The notes below the pieces were generated by a model, which was not told the DNA's origin, made no database searches, and worked only from the letters and a program-made list of their open reading frames with translations. From Nitrososphaerota archaeon (GTDB lineage Archaea > Thermoproteota > Nitrososphaeria > Conexivisphaerales > UBA164): a stretch of 64,000 bases of DNA. The stretch covers positions 1,332 to 65,331 of the forward strand of contig JAFLXO010000001.1 of the NCBI GenBank assembly GCA_029786595.1, read 5' to 3'. A program made the translations under genes and the position numbers. Shown here in pieces: positions 27,962-37,768 of the stretch (the first letter of the stretch is position 1; each line of letters starts with the position of its first letter).

Positions 27962-28018
27962 CCTGCCTGACTGGCTCGGCAAAAAACGCATATTAACGCT
28001 GGAAGGCCACCTCCATCC

Positions 28019-28924
28019 ATGATCACGGGTGACATAGTTTCCGTACTGTCGTCCAGCGCCGAGTCGGCGGCACTGGTAGCCTCAAAGCTTGGCAAGAAGC
28101 ACGAAAGCGATGGGCTAGGGATATACTACAGGAAGAAGGAGGATCATATAAGGTCCGTGCTGGTTTCCTCTCCTCCATACCCGGAGAAGGTGCTCACTGC
28201 GGCGGAGGCGCTCACCCTGTCCTCGGCCTTCCTTTTTGCGCCCAACCGGGAGCTTTCCTGGTCCGACGGTGAGCTAGGCCTTCTCCTTGAGAGTTCAGGG
28301 CTGCGCGGCACGATAATAACCGACAGCGAGGATGATATAAAAAGGACCTTCAAGGGGCTTGCCATATCCTCAATGGATATGAAAGCCGACGTAGACGCAT
28401 ATGAAAGCCAGGCTGAGGCCCAGGAGGGCGGGTACGTATACCTGGACCGGCTATTTTCGGTCAAGGGGGTCGGAACCGTGGCCCTGGGTTTCTCGTTCAC
28501 CGATATAGCGGTGCACGACCGGCTGCTGGCGCTTCCTTCCAGGAAGGAGGTCGAAGTCAGGAGCATTCAGGTGCTGGATGAGGACCAGGACAGGGTTGGC
28601 AGGGGCGTAAGGGTGGGCCTGGCCCTGAAGAACGTGGAGCTGAACGAAGTAAAGGATGCCTACGCGCTGGTCAGGCCTGAAACCAGGACAGCAAGGTCGT
28701 TAAATGGGACCATAAAGACGTTTCCGTGGACACAGGTCGGTGATGGGCAGCTTCACGTGGTTTCCGGCGGCATCTCATCGCCATGTGAAGCAAAAGGTGA
28801 TGGTGCGGGGGGGTACCGCCTGGAGCTTAACAGAGAAGTGCCGCTCCTGCCGCGGTACGTGGTCCTGAACCTGAACGTAAAGCCCGGGAAGTCCCGCGTG
28901 GTGGGCTCGCTGCTGGTCGGCTGA
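28019..28924 (+). CDS. SelB-like/EF-Tu domain II protein with degenerate G domain
   Basis: LDRLFSVKGVGTVALG, VRSIQ, GVRVGLALKN; no intact P-loop. Confidence 0.8.
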   Translation: MITGDIVSVLSSSAESAALVASKLGKKHESDGLGIYYRKKEDHIRSVLVSSPPYPEKVLTAAEALTLSSAFLFAPNRELSWSDGELGLLLESSGLRGTIITDSEDDIKRTFKGLAISSMDMKADVDAYESQAEAQEGGYVYLDRLFSVKGVGTVALGFSFTDIAVHDRLLALPSRKEVEVRSIQVLDEDQDRVGRGVRVGLALKNVELNEVKDAYALVRPETRTARSLNGTIKTFPWTQVGDGQLHVVSGGISSPCEAKGDGAGGYRLELNREVPLLPRYVVLNLNVKPGKSRVVGSLLVG

Positions 28925-28946
28925 AGTGAAGTGGAGCACAACGGCT

Positions 28947-29996
28947 CTACTTCTTCATGAATTTTCCTATGCCCTTAAAGAGGAACGAAAGGTCCTGCCG
29001 CTTCCTCTTTATCCCCCTTTCGTTAAGCGCGTGGGCTATCAGGGGCAGCGCTATGGTCGCATCGCAGTAGCAGATGGCGTTGTTGCCGTTCGGTGAAGTC
29101 TTCCCCCAGCTGATGGCCTCCTCGAAGGTGGCTCCGCTTAGCCCTCCCCACTGGGGCGAATCGCTCGTTATCTGAATCGCGTACTTGTGGGGCTTGACCA
29201 CCTCCTTTTTCGTTTTCCTTTCCAGCAGGAGCGCCTTCATCACAGCCGTAAGCTGGATGGTGTCCTTTGGCACTCCGCCCCCTATGTACACGACGGCCGT
29301 TTCATCACACTTCTCGACCACCTCCGTCATCTGCTCAAAGTCCTTGAACTGGTCCACCACCACTCTGCCCTTCCCCCTTGCGGCATATACCGCCGCTATT
29401 CCATAGCTGCTGTCCACCATGGCTGGCGAGAAGATGGGCATCGAGCTCCTGTAGGCCCTGGTGACCATGGAATCTATCCCCTGCTCATCGAGCCTCCTGC
29501 CCAGGAGGTGAAGGAATTCGGCAGTCGAATAGATGTACCCGCGGTCAAGACCCTGAATGAAATCCGCAAGAAGCCCCTCCATCTCCCTGTACTTGTATTC
29601 GTCGGCCCATTCATCATAGTACCTGTCGATCTTCTGCTCCAGAAGGACCTGATCATCAACCCAGGGGGTGCCCTTGCCGTAGACGAAACCCATTCCATTG
29701 TATATATCCTCAGATATGTTGGCGCCGGTGGATAACATCAGGTCTATGTACCCCCTGTCTATCATGTATCCCATGATCTTCCACATTCCGGCGGTGGACA
29801 GCGACCCCGTCAGGCCCAGCATCACCGTAGTATCCTTATCCCTCAGCATGGCGTCCCAGGCCCTGAAGGCCTCGCCGAGCTTCCTCCCCTGAAATGAAGT
29901 GTCGCTCATGGCGTCAAGCAGCGCCGAAATCGACCTGCCGTCCTTCACCTCTATAGGCTTTACAGGCTCCTTAAAGAAGTCCTCTCTTTTTGGCAT
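28947..29996 (-). CDS. dys: Deoxyhypusine synthase
   Basis: FQGRKLG, STGAN, IGGGVPKD, GGLSGATFEEAISWGK, DATIALP. Confidence 0.93.
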   Translation of the reverse strand: MPKREDFFKEPVKPIEVKDGRSISALLDAMSDTSFQGRKLGEAFRAWDAMLRDKDTTVMLGLTGSLSTAGMWKIMGYMIDRGYIDLMLSTGANISEDIYNGMGFVYGKGTPWVDDQVLLEQKIDRYYDEWADEYKYREMEGLLADFIQGLDRGYIYSTAEFLHLLGRRLDEQGIDSMVTRAYRSSMPIFSPAMVDSSYGIAAVYAARGKGRVVVDQFKDFEQMTEVVEKCDETAVVYIGGGVPKDTIQLTAVMKALLLERKTKKEVVKPHKYAIQITSDSPQWGGLSGATFEEAISWGKTSPNGNNAICYCDATIALPLIAHALNERGIKRKRQDLSFLFKGIGKFMKK

Positions 29997-30138
29997 TATA
30001 GCGCTAATAGGCGAATGGCTTCCTTTTAAAGGATTTGCAGGCGGTAAGTCCAGCCCCAGCACCCGCGGCAGGACCTCTTCCAATAAGTTTTAAAAGCCGA
30101 TTTATTACCCGTAAGTAGGATAAATTGGGTGAAGGTCT

Positions 30139-31203
30139 ATAGGCCACAGAAAGCATAATGCGCCGAGAAGGGGTTCTCTCGCCTTCCTGCCGCGCGGCAG
30201 GTCAAAGAGATTAGTCCCGAAGGTAAAATACGTAAGGTCCGAGAAGGATGGCGAGCCGCGTTTGGGAGCCGTACTTGGCTTCAAGGCCGGCATGGCGCAC
30301 GAGATAGCCCTGGATGACAGGGATAAGATACCGAACTATGGAAAACCGTTGTTCGTACCGTTTACGGTCGTAACCCTGCCGAAGATCCACGTGTTCGGCG
30401 TCAGGCTGTACGGCAAGGGGTACGGTGGAATGAAGATCTACAGCGATATATTAAATTTAAAGGATGAAAGGGTGTTCGGCAAGGGGCGTGAGCGCCCGGC
30501 CGGGCGGCTTCCCGATAAATCGGTCGACATGCAGCCAAAGGAAGCTGGCGTTGCGGGCCAGGGGACAGCTCAGCCGGCTGACCAGCAGATGGATGCTGGC
30601 GCCGTGCAGGACGTGCGCCTGTTGACCTATGTAGTGCCTGCGGAGGCGGGCACCTCCGAGAAGAAGGCCGTAAGGCTGGAGATACCGATGGTAGGTGGTT
30701 CTATGGAAAAGAGGATTGAAGTTGCTAGGTCCATGATCGGGACCGAGCTCAGCTCGGCGGATCTGCTCAAGCGGTGGCCATACGTCGATGCGTTCGGTGT
30801 TACCAAGGGGAAGGGAATAGAGGGGCCTGTTACCAGGCAGGGCATCAAGAGGAAGCAGCACAAATCCAGGAAGAGCGTAAGGGCGGTCGGCGTGCTGGGT
30901 GCCTGGCATCCACACAATGTAACTTATACGGTTCCAAGGGCCGGCCAGATGGGTTATCACCGCAGGCCAATCCTGAACCTGAGGGTCCTGAAGGTGTTAA
31001 ATTCGTCCAGCGATGACATAAACCCAAAGAGCGGCTTTAACAAGTTTGGGCTGGTGGGCTCGGACTACGCGCTTATCAAGGGCTCTCTCCCGGGCCCGAC
31101 AAAGAGGCCAATACTGATCAGGAGCGCCGTAAGGAAGAGGACGGCTGGAAAGGATCTCAAGGTGATGTCGATGTCGGTAGGAGGTGTCAAGGTGGATGCC
31201 TGA
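30139..31203 (+). CDS. rpl3: 50S ribosomal protein uL3; ATA start
   Basis: Conserved N-terminus (M)GHRKHNAPRRGSLAF begins at ATA 30139; GFKAGM; TKGKG.EGPV; RAGQMGYH. Confidence 0.93.
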   Translation: MGHRKHNAPRRGSLAFLPRGRSKRLVPKVKYVRSEKDGEPRLGAVLGFKAGMAHEIALDDRDKIPNYGKPLFVPFTVVTLPKIHVFGVRLYGKGYGGMKIYSDILNLKDERVFGKGRERPAGRLPDKSVDMQPKEAGVAGQGTAQPADQQMDAGAVQDVRLLTYVVPAEAGTSEKKAVRLEIPMVGGSMEKRIEVARSMIGTELSSADLLKRWPYVDAFGVTKGKGIEGPVTRQGIKRKQHKSRKSVRAVGVLGAWHPHNVTYTVPRAGQMGYHRRPILNLRVLKVLNSSSDDINPKSGFNKFGLVGSDYALIKGSLPGPTKRPILIRSAVRKRTAGKDLKVMSMSVGGVKVDA

Positions 31204-31969
31204 CCTGCTTGACCTGACCGGTAAAAAGGTGAAGTCCATAAAGGCGCCCAAGGCCTTCACTGCTCGAGTGGATGAAAAGCTGATAAGCCGGGCATTCTGG
31301 ATAATGTTTACGCACCACCTACAGAGGAAGGGGAGGGACCCGCTCGCAGGTGAACGGACCAGCGCACAGTCATGGCAGACGGGCCACGGCGTCGCCAGGG
31401 TAGCCAGGATTAAGGGTGAGAAGAACCCGCGATCCGGCCAGGCCGCCGGGGTCGACAGCGTCGTAAAGGGGAGGCTGTCGCATCCTTCACGCGCCGAAAA
31501 GGTGATCTATAAGAACATAAACCGCAAGGAAAGGGACCTTGCGACCCTCTCCGCGGTGAGCGCTACCGCTATGAGCGAATACGTCGAAAGGAGGGGCCAC
31601 AGGCTGGGCAAGAAGGTGAAGCTGCCGCTGGTGGTAGTGGACGACCTGGAAAAGATATCCAAGACCTCTAGGATGATAAGCTTCCTGAAGAAGATGGGGC
31701 TGGAGGAGGAAATGGAAAGGACGAGCAAGGGTAAGTACGTACATGGAAGGACCAAGTACGGCAGGGGTCCCCTGTTGGTCGTAACCGACGACAGCAAGGT
31801 CAGAAGGGCCAGCGGAAACATAAACGGGCTGGATGTCGTCGTAGCAAAGGATGTAAGCGTGCTGGACCTGGCGCCCGGAGGAAGGGCGGGCAGGCTCACG
31901 GTGTGGACCGAATCGGCCTTCAAGGAGGCGGGCAAGAGGCTCGCCGGGGTGATCGAGGATGAAGCTTGA
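31196..31969 (+). CDS. rpl4: 50S ribosomal protein uL4
   Basis: AGERTSAQSWQTGHGVARVARI; DLAPGG.AGRLTVWT. Confidence 0.95.
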   Translation: MPDLLDLTGKKVKSIKAPKAFTARVDEKLISRAFWIMFTHHLQRKGRDPLAGERTSAQSWQTGHGVARVARIKGEKNPRSGQAAGVDSVVKGRLSHPSRAEKVIYKNINRKERDLATLSAVSATAMSEYVERRGHRLGKKVKLPLVVVDDLEKISKTSRMISFLKKMGLEEEMERTSKGKYVHGRTKYGRGPLLVVTDDSKVRRASGNINGLDVVVAKDVSVLDLAPGGRAGRLTVWTESAFKEAGKRLAGVIEDEA

Positions 31970-32225
31970 AGAGGCATTTGAGATAATAAAGAGGCCGCAC
32001 GTTACGGAAAAGACCTACAGCCTCTCCAACGTCCAGAACGAGGTGGTGTTCCTGGTTAGGGGGGATGCCACGAAGGGGATGATAAAGGAGGCGGTGCAGA
32101 AGCTGTACGAGGTAAAGGTCCAATCCATAAGGACGATGAAGGATAAGAACGGCAAGAAGGCCTACGTCAGGCTGGATAGCTCCAGCAAGGCGTCCGACCT
32201 GCTGTCAAAGTTAGGGGTGTTATAG
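31959..32225 (+). CDS. rpl23: 50S ribosomal protein uL23
   Basis: IIKRPHVTEK...KKAYVRL. Confidence 0.95.
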   Translation: MKLEEAFEIIKRPHVTEKTYSLSNVQNEVVFLVRGDATKGMIKEAVQKLYEVKVQSIRTMKDKNGKKAYVRLDSSSKASDLLSKLGVL

Positions 32226-32227
32226 TA

Positions 32228-32944
32228 ATGGGTAAGCGTATTGAGGTACAGAGGAGAGGAAGGGGCGGCCTTCAGTTCAGGTTCAGCTCCAAGAACAGGC
32301 TGGGTGCTGTCAAATACCCGGCCGTTGAAAATGGGAAGACCTACAGCGCTGTGGTGGAGGATATAGTGCACGAAAAGGGCAGGTATGCGCCGCTGATGAA
32401 GCTGAAGATGGACGACGGGAATTACAGGCTCCTGCCGGCTCCGACTGGGATAGCTGTAAGGGATAGGATATATATGGGGGAGGATGCGCCGCTGAGGAAC
32501 GGCTGCATACTGCCCCTCAGGAAGATACCGGAGGGAACCATCATATCCAACGTGGAGAGGATACACGGGGACGGAGGGAGATACGTCAAGACCGCCGGCA
32601 CGTCGGCTATAGTGGTCGCGCACGTAGGCGATATGGTCAAGCTCAAGATGCCGTCTGGGAAGACCATGGATGCCTCGGATGAGGGAATGGCCATGATAGG
32701 AGTTATAGCCGGTGGCGGGAGGAAGGAAAAGCCATTCCTCACGGCAGGGAGACGATATTACTATATGAAGGCTAGGAGCAAGAACTACCCGACGGTAAGG
32801 GGTATAGCCATGGCCTCTGTGTATCATCCGCACGGAGGAGGTAGGCACCAGCACCCCGGAAAGCCCACTACGGTTTCAAGGAACGCGCCTCCGGGCAGAA
32901 AGGTTGGCAACATATCCTCAAGGAAGACGGGCAGGGGGTATTGA
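32228..32944 (+). CDS. rpl2: 50S ribosomal protein uL2
   Basis: MGKRI.VQRRGRG; HPHGGG..HPGKP; PPGRKVG. Confidence 0.96.
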   Translation: MGKRIEVQRRGRGGLQFRFSSKNRLGAVKYPAVENGKTYSAVVEDIVHEKGRYAPLMKLKMDDGNYRLLPAPTGIAVRDRIYMGEDAPLRNGCILPLRKIPEGTIISNVERIHGDGGRYVKTAGTSAIVVAHVGDMVKLKMPSGKTMDASDEGMAMIGVIAGGGRKEKPFLTAGRRYYYMKARSKNYPTVRGIAMASVYHPHGGGRHQHPGKPTTVSRNAPPGRKVGNISSRKTGRGY

Positions 32945-32985
32945 TCAGAAATGGATAAAAGGGAGATAGCGGGTGGAATGGGCAC

Positions 32986-33369
32986 ATGGTAAGGGAATTT
33001 AAGTACCGGGGATACGGACTGGAACAGCTTCAGGAAATGCCCATGGAGCAGTTCCTCAACCTGCTTCCATCCAGACAGAGGAGGAGCCTGAACAGGGAGC
33101 TGAGCCACGAAAAGAAGGTGCTCATAGAGAAGCTGAGGGCCAGCAACGGAAAGCCGGTCAAATCGCATGCCAGGGATATGGTCATTCTACCGTTCATGGT
33201 GGGCAAGAGCCTCGAAGTGTTCAACGGGAAGGAGTATCTCAAGGTTGATATCAAGTCGGAGATGCTGGGACACTATCTCGGCGAGTATGCGACCCCGATC
33301 AAGAAGGTCGTTCACGGAACGCCGGGTATAGGTGCAAGCAGGAGCTCGCTGTACGTGCCTCTGAAGTAG
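32986..33369 (+). CDS. rps19: 30S ribosomal protein uS19
   Basis: SRQRRSLNR; GHYLGEY; HGTPGIGASRSSLYVPLK. Confidence 0.96.
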   Translation: MVREFKYRGYGLEQLQEMPMEQFLNLLPSRQRRSLNRELSHEKKVLIEKLRASNGKPVKSHARDMVILPFMVGKSLEVFNGKEYLKVDIKSEMLGHYLGEYATPIKKVVHGTPGIGASRSSLYVPLK

Positions 33370-33533
33370 TCCGGCGCAAAGGGGCTCCGGTACGGGACGG
33401 CCAATGAGGAAAGCGCTGGCTACGGTTATCCGTATTTTATTTAATTTTATTTAATTTAAAAAGCGTTAGCTCTGGGCAGGTCGGGATGCCTGGGGGTTAA
33501 ATCATCCATTTACAGCCCCCGGCTAGCTTCAGG

Positions 33534-33929
33534 CTATGCCTTGTCTTCCTTGAGCTTTTCAGCTATGGAAAGCGCCCTGCCGTCCTTTTCGAACCTGATA
33601 GAAGTTTCGAAGGAGACGTTAAGGCCAACCGCCCTGAATAGCGCAAGAAGGTCGCCCCCCCTTATCGGTTCAGCGATCTGATTTCCCATTATCAGTTCGG
33701 CCAGCTTCTCCACTATCATCGCCGTTTCACGGGGGAACTGTGCTTCGGCGGCACGCAGCACCTCATCCCCCCTGTCGATCAACCTTTCAGACAGTATCTG
33801 CCGCGGGGACCTGCTGGCTGGCTGAGGAGCCGGTTGAGCCGGGGCTTGGCGCTGCTCCTGAAGCTTCCTCCTGTTCAGCTCAAGGAGCTTCTTCCTCAGC
33901 AGCCTTTCCTCCTCCTCATCTCTGTCCAT
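33534..33929 (-). CDS. PDCD5-like dsDNA-binding protein paralog
   Basis: EEERLLRKKLLEL N-terminal helix followed by a helical body. Confidence 0.6.
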   Translation of the reverse strand: MDRDEEEERLLRKKLLELNRRKLQEQRQAPAQPAPQPASRSPRQILSERLIDRGDEVLRAAEAQFPRETAMIVEKLAELIMGNQIAEPIRGGDLLALFRAVGLNVSFETSIRFEKDGRALSIAEKLKEDKA

Positions 33930-34062
33930 AATAAAGGGCCTGCAGGCCGGATATTAAAATATTACACCGGAAGTTCCTGCTGGCAGAAGTACAGGCCTGG
34001 CCTAATAATGATGGGTGGCCGTCTCAGAAATGCTTAATTCCCGGGTGGGCGCAGGATCATCC

Positions 34063-34395
34063 ATGCCCGAGGAGACGATAGAGAAATACCTGAAGATGCT
34101 TAAGGACCTGAACGATGAGCTGGACGGCCTCAAGGCCCGGACAGCACAGGACGCGGAAAAGCTCAAGGAGCTGGCAAGGGAGGAGGCCAAAGCCGCGCAC
34201 AGGTCCTTTATCCAGGAGCAGGAGGCCGCAGGGAAGGCAGAAATTGAGGAGAACGAGCGCCAGGTCAGAAAGGAGGTGGATGCCTATGAGAAAAAGGTGG
34301 ACGATACCATCGAAGGAATCAAGGCTACGTTCCAGGCAAAGGGGAAGGAGATCAGGAAGATGATAAAGGAGGAGCTTTTCAGGGTTGATGGCTGA
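34063..34395 (+). CDS. Coiled-coil protein, probable A-type ATPase subunit G/H
   Basis: Charged helical protein of about 110 aa directly upstream of subunit C. Confidence 0.55.
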   Translation: MPEETIEKYLKMLKDLNDELDGLKARTAQDAEKLKELAREEAKAAHRSFIQEQEAAGKAEIEENERQVRKEVDAYEKKVDDTIEGIKATFQAKGKEIRKMIKEELFRVDG

Positions 34396-34398
34396 CAA

Positions 34399-35343
34399 AT
34401 GGTAAACACGAAGTTCTATGTGGCGGTCGCCTATGCCAAGAGGGGCAAGCTGCTGAAACCGGAGGATTATGCGGAGCTGCTGACGTCTAAGGATACGGCT
34501 TCCCTCATCGCAAAGCTGCAGCTGCCTAATAAGCGGGGCGGCGTGGATGAGTCAATCAGCTGGATAAACGAGGACCTGGTGGAGGAATGCAGCTCTCTGA
34601 GGCACTTTTCAAAGCTTACAATGGCCTATTACAACAGGTTCCTGATCTGGAACATAAAACAGGCCTTCAGCTCAAAGCTGGCCGGGGAGAAGTACGGGGA
34701 CATAGCCGGCCGCCTCTATTACCTGAGGGGCGCCCCTGTGGGTGGTGAGGAGCTGTTAAGGAAGACCATCGACAGCTTTACGGCTGCTGAGGCGGTGGCC
34801 CTGCACGCCGGTAAAGGATATCATCCATATCTCCTCGAAGCGCTCGGCAGGCTTGAGCCGGCCAGCAGCAAATCCATGTTCGACTTCTATCTTGACAAGT
34901 ACTTTATAGCCTCCCTCAAGGCAGCAGCCGACAGGCAGTCCAGGGAGCTTGTCGACTATGAAGTCGATTCCTATGATGCTGCTGTCCGCCTCAAGGGGGG
35001 GCTGAACCTCGAGGAAAGGAAGAGGCTGTACATTGAAAGCGATATCGTTGAAAGGTGTGAAGGCGAAGGGACGGTAAGGGGCGTGCTCGGCTACCTTGAA
35101 AAGAAGTATCCCATCAAGTTCGATATGCAGGGGGATATAGACCTGGATCGCACGCTGGTGGCTGGAAGCTACATCCTGGCAGGTTACCAGTTTCTGAAGT
35201 TCTCCAGGCCAGTCGTGATGGCATATATGAAGCTCAGGGAGCAGCAGGCCAGGAACCTGATCGGCATACTCACCGGTTACAAGTACGGCCTCCGGACGGA
35301 TGAGATAAGGGCGGCCCTGATGCTGGGCGATGGAACCAAATGA
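34399..35343 (+). CDS. A/V-type ATP synthase subunit C (divergent)
   Basis: YAKRGKLLKPEDY..LL; VMAYMKLREQQARNLIGI..G...EIR. Confidence 0.75.
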   Translation: MVNTKFYVAVAYAKRGKLLKPEDYAELLTSKDTASLIAKLQLPNKRGGVDESISWINEDLVEECSSLRHFSKLTMAYYNRFLIWNIKQAFSSKLAGEKYGDIAGRLYYLRGAPVGGEELLRKTIDSFTAAEAVALHAGKGYHPYLLEALGRLEPASSKSMFDFYLDKYFIASLKAAADRQSRELVDYEVDSYDAAVRLKGGLNLEERKRLYIESDIVERCEGEGTVRGVLGYLEKKYPIKFDMQGDIDLDRTLVAGSYILAGYQFLKFSRPVVMAYMKLREQQARNLIGILTGYKYGLRTDEIRAALMLGDGTK

Positions 35344-36191
35344 TAGCCATAGACGTGGCGTTGCCGGATTCGCTGTTGACGGAAAGGCCTGACCTGCTGA
35401 GCAAAACTGAGAAGGTGGGGGCCGTGGCCAGGGCCTGCGCCATGTTCGCCGTGCGGCGGATATTCATATTCCGGGACCGCCTGGATGGGAGCCCTTCGGA
35501 CGGGGCGCTGATGCAGGACCTCCTGAACTACATAAGGACAGCCCCCTACCTGCGGAGGCGTGCCTACAGGCTCAGTAAGGAGTACTCGTACGTTGGTCGC
35601 CTCCCGCCGCTGAACATACCCCTCCACCAGGTGAAGCCCGAAATAGCCGGGGATGGTGAAATAAGGGAGGCGTACGTGATCAACGGCTCCATGGCCGATG
35701 TGGGGCTGGTGGAGCCCCTGCCTCTGGTCCGGGGGGAGGGCTCCTCAACCAGCAATGGGCTGGCGCTGGTCCGGGTGTACAGGAAGGGGGACTCCTTCGT
35801 CGCCAGGGAAGTCGCCTCCTCACCCGTGTACAGGGGGTATGAAGTACGCACCGTGGACGGCCTGGATAAAGTTATCAGTAGCGGTGGCCCCTATGGCCTG
35901 ATGATCGCGACGTCCAGGTATGGAAGGCCGGTCAGCTCAGAATGGGACGGCCTCCTGAAGGCGACCCACGATGGGGCAAGGTTGCTGGTTGCGTTCGGCT
36001 CTCCCCGCAGGGGGCTTCAGGGCATTATCAGGAGAGAGGTCAGGGAAAGGTTCACCTGGCTATGCACGATCGAAGATCAGAAGGTGAAGACGGTCAGGAC
36101 GGAGGAGGCGCTCCTGGCCACCCTCTCCCTGATAACCCTGGCGGCTAATATATCGGCTGGAGGTCAGGGGCACGGTAAAGGTCATGGGTAG
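35340..36191 (+). CDS. SPOUT-family RNA methyltransferase (DUF171)
   Basis: ARACAMF.V, APYLR, LPPL, FGSP.RGL, TVRTEEA. Confidence 0.9.
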   Translation: MIAIDVALPDSLLTERPDLLSKTEKVGAVARACAMFAVRRIFIFRDRLDGSPSDGALMQDLLNYIRTAPYLRRRAYRLSKEYSYVGRLPPLNIPLHQVKPEIAGDGEIREAYVINGSMADVGLVEPLPLVRGEGSSTSNGLALVRVYRKGDSFVAREVASSPVYRGYEVRTVDGLDKVISSGGPYGLMIATSRYGRPVSSEWDGLLKATHDGARLLVAFGSPRRGLQGIIRREVRERFTWLCTIEDQKVKTVRTEEALLATLSLITLAANISAGGQGHGKGHG

Positions 36192-37402
36192 TCCGGGTCT
36201 ATTCCCCGGGTTTCATAGCCGCCCAGGTACCACAGCAGGGCCCCTCCGAGGCCCAGCGACCACAGGGCCAGGTTGAGCAGCAGGAAATCATATATGTCGT
36301 AGGAGCTAGTAAGATATATTGAAAGTATGTATGCCGCGTACGGGAAGACCCTGATGAACCCTATGCCCAGGCCCCTGATCCTCGTAGGAAACAGCTCGGG
36401 CTCCAGCGTGGTGCGTGAAGCCCAGCAGAATTCGCTCATCACCATGTTGAAGAACAGGAGCGGCAGGAACACCAGCAGCCTGCCCAGAGAGCTCACCAGG
36501 AAGAATATCGCTAACATCGTAATGAAGCCCCCCAGGTATGAATAGAGCGTATAGCTCCTGCGACCCCTTACTATTAGCCTGGCCGCAATGAACCCCCCTA
36601 TGCTGGCACCGATCGTGGCCATGAAGATTATCTGGGCGTCGAAGGTGGGCGATGCAAATTCATAGGGGCCTATGATGTAGGCCATCAGGCCGAACGTGAG
36701 GAACTGTGAAACCCCCATGGTGATCAGCGCCGTAATGCCTATGAAGTAACCCGGGTGGGCGACGGCCCTTCCCTCCGACGTCACGCCCACCTTTGCCTTA
36801 ATATCATCAGCGCTTCGTTCGTCACCGGCCTGGCGCAACCACCTGTAGGACTCCAGCAGGCGCATCCTCGAATAGGCCATCACAGCTATGAGTGAGGCTG
36901 CCGAGGCCAGTATGATGTAGGCGAAGTTGATGTGCGAGATCAGAAGAAGGCCCGCTATCAGGGCGCTGCCCATATTATTGAAGTTGGGCACCAGCGTAAG
37001 ATATCTTTCCCGATCAGAGGGTGGGGTATTTTCCGTAAGCAGAGACAGAGATGGCGGCTCCTCCCCCCCGATGCCGAATTCGGCTACCGCAAGTCCCGCT
37101 ATCGTCCCATAGAGGCTGCCCAGCAGGGCTGAGGCAACTATCAGCACGAGCCCGGCGCTGTAGGCGGGCATAGTCCAGAGGAAGACCCTCCTCCTGCCAA
37201 CCCTGTCGGCCAGGTATCCCATTATTAGACTACCGAACAGCATGGATACCGGGCCGGTGATCAGCAGCACGACCTTTGCCCAGCCGGCAACGGACCCGAC
37301 TACGCTCCCGGAGGCTGCAAGCGGGCCTATGGCCGTTATTATGCCCCACAGGAAGAAGCTTGACGATGTGGATATGATTATGGCCTGGATGTCCCTGTTC
37401 AT
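36182..37402 (-). CDS. MFS transporter, probable thiamine/precursor uptake
   Basis: GYLADRVGRR and ELFPTRIRG motifs; downstream of a TPP riboswitch. Confidence 0.85.
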   Translation of the reverse strand: MNRDIQAIIISTSSSFFLWGIITAIGPLAASGSVVGSVAGWAKVVLLITGPVSMLFGSLIMGYLADRVGRRRVFLWTMPAYSAGLVLIVASALLGSLYGTIAGLAVAEFGIGGEEPPSLSLLTENTPPSDRERYLTLVPNFNNMGSALIAGLLLISHINFAYIILASAASLIAVMAYSRMRLLESYRWLRQAGDERSADDIKAKVGVTSEGRAVAHPGYFIGITALITMGVSQFLTFGLMAYIIGPYEFASPTFDAQIIFMATIGASIGGFIAARLIVRGRRSYTLYSYLGGFITMLAIFFLVSSLGRLLVFLPLLFFNMVMSEFCWASRTTLEPELFPTRIRGLGIGFIRVFPYAAYILSIYLTSSYDIYDFLLLNLALWSLGLGGALLWYLGGYETRGIDPDYP

Positions 37403-37409
37403 GGCGCTA

Positions 37410-37583
37410 TCACATCCGGGTCCCCTCCATTTTGCGTGACGGCGCCGTCCCGATGGCAGTTCGGGCAACTGGGCCCTCCGCCAAGGCCTGATACCGGCGG
37501 GGGGCATGGTAGCAGCTGGACTCGCCCACTATTCGGGCCTTAAAACATTTCCCGCTTTCGTCAATACTATATGTCCTTTTCAT
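37410..37583 (-). CDS. Putative 57-aa leader ORF between riboswitch and MFS gene
   Basis: ATG abuts the riboswitch 3' end; stop lies 7 nt before the MFS ATG. Confidence 0.4.
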   Translation of the reverse strand: MKRTYSIDESGKCFKARIVGESSCYHAPRRYQALAEGPVARTAIGTAPSRKMEGTRM

Positions 37584-37667
37584 CAGCTTTCCCTACGCCG
37601 GCATTGCCCGGATCAGGTTCCAAGGGTTAGTCCAACTGGACCTCTCAGCTCTTCGCACCCCTTGCCG
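37584..37667 (-). promoter_or_regulatory. TPP riboswitch
   Basis: AGGGGTGC..GCTGAGA..ACCCTTGGAACCTGATCCGGGCAATGCCGGCGTAGGGAA consensus; TTAAAA promoter-like box at about 37689-37694. Confidence 0.93.
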
Positions 37668-37768
37668 TAAATTGAAAGGAGGCGCACCTTTTAAGCCTTG
37701 CTCATGTTAATCCGGTAGGTCCGTATCAGGACGATATGTTTATGAGGGCCTGATAAGAACTCAGCAAG

